From the IMG/VR virus record IMGVR_UViG_3300027996_003878: a stretch of 64,000 nt of DNA. One strand, 5' to 3'. The stretch's first letter is position 1. Every line of letters begins with the position of its first letter. The notes under the pieces were generated by a model. The model made no database searches. It was given only the letters and a program-made list of their open reading frames with translations, and was not told the DNA's origin. This DNA is from a virus (Duplodnaviria > Caudoviricetes). The translations under genes and the position numbers were made by a program. Below, one piece after another: positions 8,997 to 18,100 of this stretch.

Positions 8997-11375
8997 CTAC
9001 GACCAGGGTTGTCGTGTAAGTCCATTGGCTTTCATTTGCGACAAAGCACTGTTTTTTAATCGCGACAGACGACCAATAACTCTACTAAGCCGGTTACTGT
9101 GCTCCCTCATCAACTTCCTATCCTCTTTACGATCTTGATAACCACCTATTGCGTTTTCTAAATCCTTCATAAGTTTTTCTGTATATTCTGGAAGTTGAGG
9201 TAAGTTTTTAGAGTTGCCAAGATACATCTGAGCAAAATCTCCAGGCCGACTTATCCCACCTGCAATATCACTTGATGCTATTTCTCTACGAGGTCCAAAC
9301 CTCTTATAAATGCCTTTACTATACTCATCAGCGACATCCAGAAGGATATTACCGTCCCTATCAATAGGGAACTCTCTAGGCTTTTCGCGCCTTTGCTCGC
9401 GGCCTTGGCGGCGCTTAAACCAACGGCTTAGATCTGTTTCACTTTTTTTTCCCGACTTTATACCGAGCAAAAGCTTCACAAGCTCCAGAACAGCAGCTTC
9501 ACTTAAACCAAGCTTTTCACGCGCCTTTTCAACTGCCTGTCGCGTTTTTGGGTCAAGGCCTGCTCCAGGTGCTCCAGGTACTCCAGGTGCTGCGGGTCTC
9601 GGTCGAACCTCTGTAGCTCCCGGCCCTTCGGTAAGCTCTTTTAAAGGAATAACCAAATCGTGTAGCAAGAGGCCTTTGGGGTATTGCTCTTTATATTGCT
9701 CTTTATACCGCTTGTGGTAAAGTTTTAATGTTTCAAATATCTTATTTTTGATTCTAACAACATCATTTATATAGTTTGGATTTTTTCTTTGCCTAGCAGC
9801 ATTTTCAAGCGATACGAGCATCCACGTCAGATCCTGTGCACTAACTCCATCCAACCCGCCGGGGGTTATATGGTCTATGCTTATTAAGCCGCGTGAAATC
9901 AGCCAATCCATAAAAGATTTCACAGAAGCTAAATCTTTAGGATATATTGGCTTACCTCCAAACATATCATACCACTGCTCTTTCACCTCTAGTTTTTTCA
10001 GAAACTCCTTAAGGTGATCAGTATTAACTTTTGCATTCTGTAATGAAGGTGTTGTTTTTAAATCAAGATCTTTATGAGCATCTTTAGCCTCACGGATAGC
10101 AGTGGATGTTTTTGGCCCCCAAATCCCATCGTCTTTAATTTCACGAACACGCGGCACTTTAACTAAAAGCTGCTGCATCTCTTTGATAGCCTGCCCTCTA
10201 GGCATTGAAGGTCCCTTTTTGGCGGCAGGAGCGGCAGGGGCGGCGCCAGTTCCGCCAGGGCGAGGTGTAAGCAGAGCCTCTTTAATATTAATACCTTTCC
10301 AAAGTTCCTTTGTTTTTTTGATATAATCATCGAGGCCTTCTACATTTTTCAGCTCCTCCGCGCCTGGATCACCTTTTGTAATAGCCTTTTTTACTTCAGA
10401 GAATTTATAATATTCTCCAATTTTTTTAAGGCTTTCGAGGAGCCCTTTCATCGTTTTAAACCCAGACTCAGCTGTATAATCTTTAATTTTAATAGCATTT
10501 GGAATTGCCTTATTTTTTAAAAAATCCCGAAAATTATTAACGAGCCCCTCAGGTACTCTCATCTCACCGGGCTTAATCTCTTTTTTTGCAGCTGGGGCTT
10601 TTGCTGGACCTTCGGTTCTGCCGTAAACTCGACCGAGCCAGGCGCTGAAGGACCTCTTTACTTCGCTTTCATTTCTATATTTTGTGCCAACTAGTTCTTG
10701 TGCTAATCTGGCATGCTCCTCTTTATCCTTAGACATTTGATTTGCCGTTCGGAGATAATCCGAGGGGCTCTTCCCGGATTTCGCTGGCCTCTCAGTCATG
10801 TCTATCGTAAACATTCCCTCGTAGTTACTGTCACCACCCGGAAGAGATTGACGTTTTCCCGGATCAAGCCTAAAAACTGGCACATAAAGATTGTCTACAA
10901 ATGCTTCTACAACTTGCTTGGCAATATCTGCAGTCTTCTGCTGCGCCTTTTTGCTCAACTTAGCTGAAGCATACTTTCCCGTAGGTTGCTTTTTAACAAT
11001 CTCCTGGATCTTCTTACTTGCTGAAGGATGCGTGTACATAATGCCAAACTCAGAAGGACCAACCTTTACATCTCCTTCGGGATGAGCTTCGTCCATCATC
11101 TCTTCGCCGGCATCTTTTAAGTCTTTTTCAGCTCTCTTTAAGCGAGCCAACTTTTCATCAAGACTATTCGCCTCTTTGTTAAATCCCTTTGAGCGAAGTC
11201 CTTCTGACAAACGAACAATATTCAAATACAAATCATCGGTAGGATCAAATGAAGCTTTGGCGGCTTGCTTTACTACTTCCTGCTTCTTTGGCGTAACCAT
11301 CCCCTTGTCTGAGGCAACTTTAGCCAAGCTACGCATCACTTCACTGTCATAAAAATCAACATGCTTTAAAGTCAT
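8997..11375 (-). CDS. Large putative internal virion protein with AHP module and peptidoglycan-binding domain
   Basis: 792 aa. MMDEAHPEG motif; GQAIKEMQQLL...DDGIWGPKTSTAI PG-binding motif; Pro/Ala linkers. Confidence 0.75.
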   Translation of the reverse strand: MTLKHVDFYDSEVMRSLAKVASDKGMVTPKKQEVVKQAAKASFDPTDDLYLNIVRLSEGLRSKGFNKEANSLDEKLARLKRAEKDLKDAGEEMMDEAHPEGDVKVGPSEFGIMYTHPSASKKIQEIVKKQPTGKYASAKLSKKAQQKTADIAKQVVEAFVDNLYVPVFRLDPGKRQSLPGGDSNYEGMFTIDMTERPAKSGKSPSDYLRTANQMSKDKEEHARLAQELVGTKYRNESEVKRSFSAWLGRVYGRTEGPAKAPAAKKEIKPGEMRVPEGLVNNFRDFLKNKAIPNAIKIKDYTAESGFKTMKGLLESLKKIGEYYKFSEVKKAITKGDPGAEELKNVEGLDDYIKKTKELWKGINIKEALLTPRPGGTGAAPAAPAAKKGPSMPRGQAIKEMQQLLVKVPRVREIKDDGIWGPKTSTAIREAKDAHKDLDLKTTPSLQNAKVNTDHLKEFLKKLEVKEQWYDMFGGKPIYPKDLASVKSFMDWLISRGLISIDHITPGGLDGVSAQDLTWMLVSLENAARQRKNPNYINDVVRIKNKIFETLKLYHKRYKEQYKEQYPKGLLLHDLVIPLKELTEGPGATEVRPRPAAPGVPGAPGAGLDPKTRQAVEKAREKLGLSEAAVLELVKLLLGIKSGKKSETDLSRWFKRRQGREQRREKPREFPIDRDGNILLDVADEYSKGIYKRFGPRREIASSDIAGGISRPGDFAQMYLGNSKNLPQLPEYTEKLMKDLENAIGGYQDRKEDRKLMREHSNRLSRVIGRLSRLKNSALSQMKANGLTRQPWS

Positions 11376-11397
11376 TTTTTTTACCTTTAAATCTCAA

Positions 11398-11688
11398 TCA
11401 GTCATCTAAATTTAGCAACATGACACCTTCAACAAAAGATGCCTTTGTGTTTTGACGATATTCAGCGTCAATTAAAAATTTGTCACGAAGAGCGCGGAAA
11501 GCTCTCTTCATTTGTGGATCGTTATTAATTTTCTTCTCTAACTCTTCAAAATCAATAAGAACCTTATCCAAATCATCCTTTGGCTTCTGCTCTTGCTGAC
11601 TTTTCTTAGTCAATTGGTCTTTGAGATATTCTCTAAATACCTCTGAAGAAATAGCCGCATTCCAATCCTCTTTAGACACCATAATCAT
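11398..11688 (-). CDS. Hypothetical protein (96 aa)
   Basis: Co-oriented ORF with a GGAG SD-like sequence upstream. Confidence 0.7.
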   Translation of the reverse strand: MIMVSKEDWNAAISSEVFREYLKDQLTKKSQQEQKPKDDLDKVLIDFEELEKKINNDPQMKRAFRALRDKFLIDAEYRQNTKASFVEGVMLLNLDD

Positions 11689-11740
11689 TAACTCCTTTAT
11701 AGGATATTATTCAAGAATATGCTGAGTTATGCCTTGAGAT

Positions 11741-11760
11741 TTTAAGGCGTTTATTAGTAA
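11741..11760 (-). promoter_or_regulatory. Putative late promoter motif
   Basis: Minus strand TTACTAATAAACGCCTTAAA; exact 14-mer shared with 5015..5028. Confidence 0.45.
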
Positions 11761-11788
11761 ATAAAAAAATAATTTTAATATTTAAATG

Positions 11789-12217
11789 CTAAATCCAACT
11801 GAACTCTAAATAATCATCATCACCATCAGATGGCGGTAGTATAATATGACCCAAAGGCCAGCAATTTTCATTTTTTTTAAAAGATGTCAATAGCCCCTGG
11901 TCGCTTGAATACAGATACTTACCTACTCTATACCTTACATCTTTTTCATATTGATCTGTTCGAATTATCGCCGTATTAATCAACACGTAAACAAATCGCT
12001 CATCATCACAAACATCCGTAACAATTCCAAAAGGCTTCTCACCTTTGCATAAGGTACAAGCCAAATTATGATCTTTATCATCTATAAGGCTAACTATATT
12101 TCCAACAGAAATATTTGAATTAGCATCTTTTAGATATCTAGCAGGAGGGGCAATCGTTTCAATAACATCCAGCATCATATATATAATATAACAATAACTT
12201 ATTGATATTATAACCAA
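11789..12217 (-). CDS. Cement/decoration-like protein (paralog 3; probable start about 12178, MMLDV)
   Basis: Aligns by eye with 12208..12900: G.I.SL, PFGIV.D, IRTDQYE...RY, LY....GLLT, LE..W[IL] C-terminus. It lacks the central insert. Confidence 0.55.
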   Translation of the reverse strand: MVIISISYCYIIYMMLDVIETIAPPARYLKDANSNISVGNIVSLIDDKDHNLACTLCKGEKPFGIVTDVCDDERFVYVLINTAIIRTDQYEKDVRYRVGKYLYSSDQGLLTSFKKNENCWPLGHIILPPSDGDDDYLEFSWI

Positions 12218-12900
12218 ACCGCTTCAAGCATACTCATGACACTTGTAGGAGGCCCTGTAACCAAAGCAATTGCCGGATAGTCCGCACTAATCTGACGGGT
12301 TGTTAGTAATCCAGACTCATTCACAAACAAAGGGGCATTTAATGGATAACGCTGATTTGTTTCATAACGATCTGTTGCATATATCATTCTCATAAACCAA
12401 ACGGTAATTCTACCACTTGCAAAGGTAGAATCATCACCCGGAATATTAGGGACTTGATATGAATAACTTACTACTGTGCGAATTGCATCAGGGGCGCCGC
12501 TTCCACTTAAACTAAAGTTCAAAGGAGTTCCAGCCAAAAATGTAACAACCCCATTTCTAGGTATAAGCTCAACATCAACAGGATTTGATACGAATGAGCT
12601 GGCAAGAACATTTGGATTGTTTAATTCTACCTTAACATCTAATGGAGCAACTAAACCCCCTCCAGGACCAGGAATGCCAGCGACAGGCGCTATAACAACT
12701 TCATCAATTGACACAGATGTAAATGAGCTTTTCTTTATATCATCAATTATTCCAATTGGAGCAGAACCATCACTTACCCCGCACACAGTTTGATTTCCCA
12801 AAAGCGTTAACTGAGCAATCTGACCAGGCTCAAATTCCGCACTTGGATCAACTGGAAACGAAAACGGCAAAGCGTTTCCTGCTTGTACAATCCTCATCAT
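12208..12900 (-). CDS. Capsid cement/decoration-like protein (paralog 2)
   Basis: 230 aa. MMRIVQAGNALPFSF.VD...PIGIIDD...GDDSTFASGRITVW...LFVNESGLLTT. Confidence 0.6.
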   Translation of the reverse strand: MMRIVQAGNALPFSFPVDPSAEFEPGQIAQLTLLGNQTVCGVSDGSAPIGIIDDIKKSSFTSVSIDEVVIAPVAGIPGPGGGLVAPLDVKVELNNPNVLASSFVSNPVDVELIPRNGVVTFLAGTPLNFSLSGSGAPDAIRTVVSYSYQVPNIPGDDSTFASGRITVWFMRMIYATDRYETNQRYPLNAPLFVNESGLLTTRQISADYPAIALVTGPPTSVMSMLEAVWL

Positions 12901-13046
12901 AGCAAACTCGTTATCCTTAACTCTTTCGATTAATAAAATTGTTTCATATTATATGCATAGATATACGTAATGATAACATTCATTTATATAACACTCACAA
13001 GATCTCTAATAGGACTGTTTAAATCAAATAAACGCTATCGATAAAA

Positions 13047-13080
13047 ATAAAAAAACCCAGCTTTCACTGGGTTTTTTTAT
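13047..13080 (-). terminator. Rho-independent terminator
   Basis: ataaaaaaacccag-ctttca-ctgggtttttttat, downstream of 13102..13812. Confidence 0.85.
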
Positions 13081-13101
13081 ATTTAAATATTTGAGTTTTT
13101 A

Positions 13102-13812
13102 TTAATCTTCACAAAGCTGAGAGATACTGTTTCTAAACAAGTTGTTAATCGCTCTCGCAGCTTGCTTTGCCTCTGGCGATCTAAGCGTAAGGGGAACCTC
13201 TTCTTCAGCACCCGGCGGAAGAGGGAGAGTCTTTGCCTCAGGTTCCATGATTGACTCAAACTCAAGTATTTCCTCGGCCACTTGCAGCTGCTCTTCTTTT
13301 TCAGGCGTATAGCTTGTCTCCGGCTTTGGGCGAGGACCCACAGCGACAGGAGCCATGGCATCAGTGCATTTTTCAGAAATAACATCTGCCAATGATAAAA
13401 CAAATGCCTGCATTTCAGCATTTAAACCATTATCAGTGAGAAGCTTAGTTATCTCTTCATCTTTCTTACCCTGATCTTTCATCAAAGCGACTGCTAAAAC
13501 CAAATCCGCTTTAGATCCACCCAACCCATCATCTGCATTAAACATCCAGCCTTTTGTAGCAAGATTTTCAAGCATTTTTTTGGGCGTCAATCCTTTAGTT
13601 GAATCGTCTGGGCGAAGTTTATGAACTACTCTTATAAGAACTGCATCGTCGTCACAGCCAGCATGCTCACAATGCTCTGCTGCTTTTTCAAGATAAGCTT
13701 TAGCTTTTTTTAATAAATTATCGCGTCGAATTTTATCTCTATTTGATTCCTTATTAAGATTAGATTCTAAACTTTTAAAAAAATCATCTTCAGAGCAATT
13801 TTTAATGAACAT
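13102..13812 (-). CDS. Hypothetical acidic head-region protein
   Basis: 236 aa, co-oriented, followed by a terminator; carries a helical-hairpin-like module. Confidence 0.75.
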   Translation of the reverse strand: MFIKNCSEDDFFKSLESNLNKESNRDKIRRDNLLKKAKAYLEKAAEHCEHAGCDDDAVLIRVVHKLRPDDSTKGLTPKKMLENLATKGWMFNADDGLGGSKADLVLAVALMKDQGKKDEEITKLLTDNGLNAEMQAFVLSLADVISEKCTDAMAPVAVGPRPKPETSYTPEKEEQLQVAEEILEFESIMEPEAKTLPLPPGAEEEVPLTLRSPEAKQAARAINNLFRNSISQLCED

Positions 13813-13820
13813 AATTAATC

Positions 13821-14039
13821 CTATTCTTTGCTTGCAATTTTTTCAATAATAGAAACCAAAGCCTCAGCAGCTTGCGAGTCTTCCAAAGCCTCAAAGCAAT
13901 CCACTGCTTTATTTAAATTTGTTAGCGCTTCAGCTATCTTGTTTGTGTTTGAATCAGGATTGCAGCTATCTGACTGCAAGACCTTTAACATTTCATGCGC
14001 TAAATTATAACTCTTATCATCCATAAAAACCTCAATCAC
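13821..14039 (-). CDS. Small hypothetical head-region protein (72 aa)
   Basis: Overlaps the upstream stop by 4 nt; ends IEKIASKE; helical-hairpin module. Confidence 0.65.
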   Translation of the reverse strand: MIEVFMDDKSYNLAHEMLKVLQSDSCNPDSNTNKIAEALTNLNKAVDCFEALEDSQAAEALVSIIEKIASKE

Positions 14040-14533
14040 GGCTCATCTTCAAAGTCTTCAACATCACTATTGTTTTCAGGTAAATTCTCAATATCAAGTG
14101 AATCCGCCAAAAGTTTCATCTTGTCATCTTCGTCCAAAGCAAACATAACATCAGAACTATCTTTCCAATTATACTTCTCTAAAAGTGCCGCTTTCTCTTG
14201 GGTTGGCTCGCCCTCAAGTTTATTAAGTAAAGATTTTACAATAATTTGATTGTTAATTTCTTTAGACTCTTTAAATGTGCTTTCAATTACTTTTAATAGC
14301 GATACGGCTGTCTTATGCATTCCAATATCATCTAATCTCTGAGAATCCTCGATAAGTCTGCCGATTATCTCAAGAGGTGAATTTGGTTTAGAAGACCAAA
14401 CATTGTCTTGGCTTTTATTAGAAGAGCGTTTGCTATTTTTCTTTTTGGCAAATAAATCATAATGATCATCACTATTAATGATGTCATTCATATTAGCCTC
14501 TACAGCGTCAGATATTTTTTTGCTTTTACTCAT
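14036..14533 (-). CDS. Hypothetical head-region protein, paralog of 14556..15041
   Basis: Shares SQRLDD.G..K with its neighbour. Confidence 0.75.
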   Translation of the reverse strand: MSKSKKISDAVEANMNDIINSDDHYDLFAKKKNSKRSSNKSQDNVWSSKPNSPLEIIGRLIEDSQRLDDIGMHKTAVSLLKVIESTFKESKEINNQIIVKSLLNKLEGEPTQEKAALLEKYNWKDSSDVMFALDEDDKMKLLADSLDIENLPENNSDVEDFEDEP

Positions 14534-14555
14534 TGCTTATTTTTGTGAAATACTT

Positions 14556-15041
14556 TTAACAAGAATGATCATGAGCCTTGCAGCTATCATCAGCACAACT
14601 CTCATCAGCACAGTTGTCGTCAGCAGAGTTCATGTTAAGACCGACAGCTCCACTGGCTCCGGCAGCCCCGGAGGGCTTTGTCTCTTCTCCTGTGGCAAGG
14701 CCTGCCTCCTCTACTTCACTTTCAGAAGGGCCTGTTGGCTGAGTTAATGTAGATCCATTAGGAAGAGGTTCCGCCTGGGCGGCTTTATGAAACTCTAAAT
14801 AAAGATCATTGGCTACACTCAAAATTCCTAAAGAGCTTTTCTCAAGACCAAAGTCATCAAGACGCTGAGATAAAGTTACAAGGTTTTTATATATATCCTC
14901 TACAGTCGTTTGACTTGATGCTGTCTTTACATTCTCTTTTGATAAATTATACTTATCAAACATTTTGTTATGTTCAGCGCTTCGAAGAACATTACTCATA
15001 TTCCCTGCAATCAAACTACCAAGATCTTTTTTAAAGTTCAT
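14556..15041 (-). CDS. Hypothetical head-region protein, paralog of 14036..14533
   Basis: LVTLSQRLDDFGLEKSS; acidic, Cys/His-containing C-terminal tail. Confidence 0.75.
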   Translation of the reverse strand: MNFKKDLGSLIAGNMSNVLRSAEHNKMFDKYNLSKENVKTASSQTTVEDIYKNLVTLSQRLDDFGLEKSSLGILSVANDLYLEFHKAAQAEPLPNGSTLTQPTGPSESEVEEAGLATGEETKPSGAAGASGAVGLNMNSADDNCADESCADDSCKAHDHSC

Positions 15042-15058
15042 TTTTATCCTATAAAATT

Positions 15059-15104
15059 AAAAAGCGGCAATACACTCCTAATACGTTTATAGGTGCATTG
15101 CCGC
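15059..15104 (-). terminator. Long-stem terminator after the protease-scaffold gene
   Basis: Minus strand gcggcaat-gcac-cta...tag-ga-gtgt-attgccgc followed by TTTTT. Confidence 0.7.
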
Positions 15105-15124
15105 CTTATTTCTGAAGTTTAGTA

Positions 15125-18100
15125 CTAGTAACGCTTGTTTGCGAAAGCTCTCTCAAGCTCAGCAACCAAATCAGACTTTTCTGCTTCAGGCGCCGGCAGC
15201 ACAACCTCACCCGTGCCAATCATTCCAACCTGCGGAATTGAAGCTGACTTTTGCATCGGCTGACGCTCAGCCCAACGCTTCATGCTATTAAAGCCCTCGT
15301 CATTCCACTTCATAATTTCGCTAACTTGCTCGTTAACCGCAGAACGGTCATTGTTAAGCATGCCACGGCGAACCATGTCGTAAGCTAGCTCATAAGCTCT
15401 AGAGATCTTCACCTTATAAGTTTCTTTTTCCTCTGCAACCTTCTTTGCGTCATATTCCTTAAGAAGTTCATCAGCGAATTCTTTTCCACCGTCTTTTGCC
15501 TGGCTAAGATAATCTTTCCAGTACGCAACAGCCGCTTCATCTAGACCCTGGCTGATTAAAGCCGGGAAGTCATTGGCTGGGTCAATACGGCCAGCCAAAA
15601 CCAACTTCTGAATGTCTTCAGCCATTTTACGGATACGAGGAGGGGCTTGAGCCACTTCCTTCATAGCCGCATGTTGCTCCTTAAGATCTTCGACTCTAGC
15701 CAAGTTGCCCTCTGCCGGCATATCAAGCTCAACAGTTGTGCCGCCTTCAGGATGAGCCTTGTCAAGCATGTCACTGTAATGAAGGCCCTCTTGAGCTAAC
15801 TTGGCGCGATAGAGAGCGCGACCCTCTTTCGTTGTAAGGTCAGGCTCATCAGAGGCCATGGTTGAGAGTTCACTCTTAACAGCGTCCATAACTAGTTTCT
15901 CCAAGTCAAAATCATTAACATCATCATGATCGCCATCATGCATCATGCCGTGGTCATGCATCATGCCGTGGTCATGCGTCATGTCATCCGACTCAAAAAC
16001 CTCTTTTGTTTTCTCTTCCTCTTCTTCTGTCTGGACCTTATCAAACGGGGAGGGCGGTAGCGGCTTTTGATCCTCGGTCAAAACTTTTGCAAGCTCGGCC
16101 CCGGCATCTTGAGCCTTCTTTTCCAAAGCAGCAGTGCCCTTTGCATATTTAACAAATGAATCCATCAACTTGTAGCAGTCAGCAAACGTCTTTTTCGTAT
16201 CAGCAACTGCATCCGAAACAAGACCATTGACATACTCTGTATCCGTTGCACTTAGCTTTGCCTTGTTCGCATAAATATGGGAAGCCAAGGAAAGCTCTTC
16301 AAAATGTTCCTTCAAATCAGCCTGAGCTTGCTTCATACCAACGATAAGGGCAGTGCCAAGCTTTTGCTTCATATTAACCAAGGAAGCCGTGGCAGGGGAA
16401 AGCTCCGCTAATTGAGCCATTTCATCCTCGGCCTCTTCGCCTTCCTTCTCTTCTTCAAGAGCTTCAACTGCCTCATCGATATCATCAAGAAGGCCTTTTG
16501 CCTGCTCAACGAGATCCGGCAAGAGCTTAGCCGGATCGGCGCCCTCTAGCTCATCAATAGCTGCTTCAGGCGTAGGCGCCTCTTCAGCCATCTCAGGGGC
16601 CTCAGCGGCGGGCTGCTCAGGAACCTCTTCAGGAGCCATCTCCATCTCACCCTCTAATCCAGCTTCAGGCATTGCCAACTCAGCCTCAGGCATCTCCTCA
16701 GCAGGCTGCGCTCCTTTGAAAAGAGCCGCAGCCTTAGCAAATCCGCTAGTACGAATGGTGCTCAGAATCTTTCGGCCAAACTGCTTAGTTGCAATTGAGT
16801 CATAAAGAACATCGGCCTTGTTGCCAGCAAGCTCAGCGACAGTAGCTGTGAGGATTAGCTTGTCATCTGCAAAAACTTGCCAACAAGATGCTGACGGATT
16901 ATCGGTACCATCAGCGGATGCTGCTTTAACAAACTTCGCGCTAAGTTTTGCGCGTAATAGCTTTTCTTTTTTCTCTAGATCGCCAGTGTATAGACCATCG
17001 GTATCTCCAACCTCCGGGAATGGACCTGAACCATTCATCTGACGATCCTCATCACGATCAAAAGGCTCTTTTGGATAAACCTGCGGCTCATTGGGGCCGC
17101 CGCCGCCTTGGTAATAAGCTTCTTTTTTAGCAAGATTATTTTTAGCCCTTTCAAGCGCCGCCTGACGACGAAGAGCGCGTCGCTCTTGCTCCGCCATACG
17201 CTGAAGCTCGCGCTTCTTCTCCGCATCTCCAGGGTGCAAACCATCAACCGGACCAGTACCATCGCCAAGACCCGTCATTTGCTTGTCCTCGGTATCGCGA
17301 ATCGCCTCCGCATCACCCATGGGCTCGTAACGAGGCCGTCCTGGAGTGGGTTCATTTACACCACCACCACCTTGAAAGTAAGCTTTCTTATTTGTCATAT
17401 TGTTTTCCTCACTAGTATATAACTTGCCAAAATCCTGCTTTAATTCGTTTAAATTTGTAAGAAGAGAATTAATCGCACTCGAAATTTTAAAATATTTTGA
17501 ATCACGATTACTTAAAGAAGCAATTTTATTACCAGAATTATTTAATTCATCTTCTTGTAATTTGCATTCTTTATCATCCTCATTTTCCTGAAGTTGCTCA
17601 AGCTCACAAGTATCAGAGCTGTCATCCTGTTCCGCCTTCTCTTCCGCTTCGGCTTGTTCGGCTTCTTCTGCTCTTTCCTTGTACTCTTCTGCTTGTAGTG
17701 CGCTTAGCTTATCTGAGGCTTCATCTAATTTATGATAAGCATCATCAAAGCCCTCAAGAAGGTCGCGCAAATCTTTTTTCTTAGGCCTTTCTTCCTCAAG
17801 AAGACCTTCAAAAGCGTGAACTCCATCTCTCATAGATAACAAAGTGTCACGCAATGCCCCCAACAAGGCATCCTCTGAACCCTCGGCATCTTTCTCTTCG
17901 GCCTCTAGGTCAGAATCCTCGTGAGCGCTCTTTAAGAAAGCCTCTTTTGAGTCTATGTATTGAGCAATGCTATTAGCAGCAGCTACAATATGCCTAATCT
18001 TAGCGCGAGGATCTGCCCCACTTACTACAATTGAAAGTTCAATCGGATTCAAATCCACATTTATTTCACCATATGTAGTTTTACCTCTCATATGATTACA

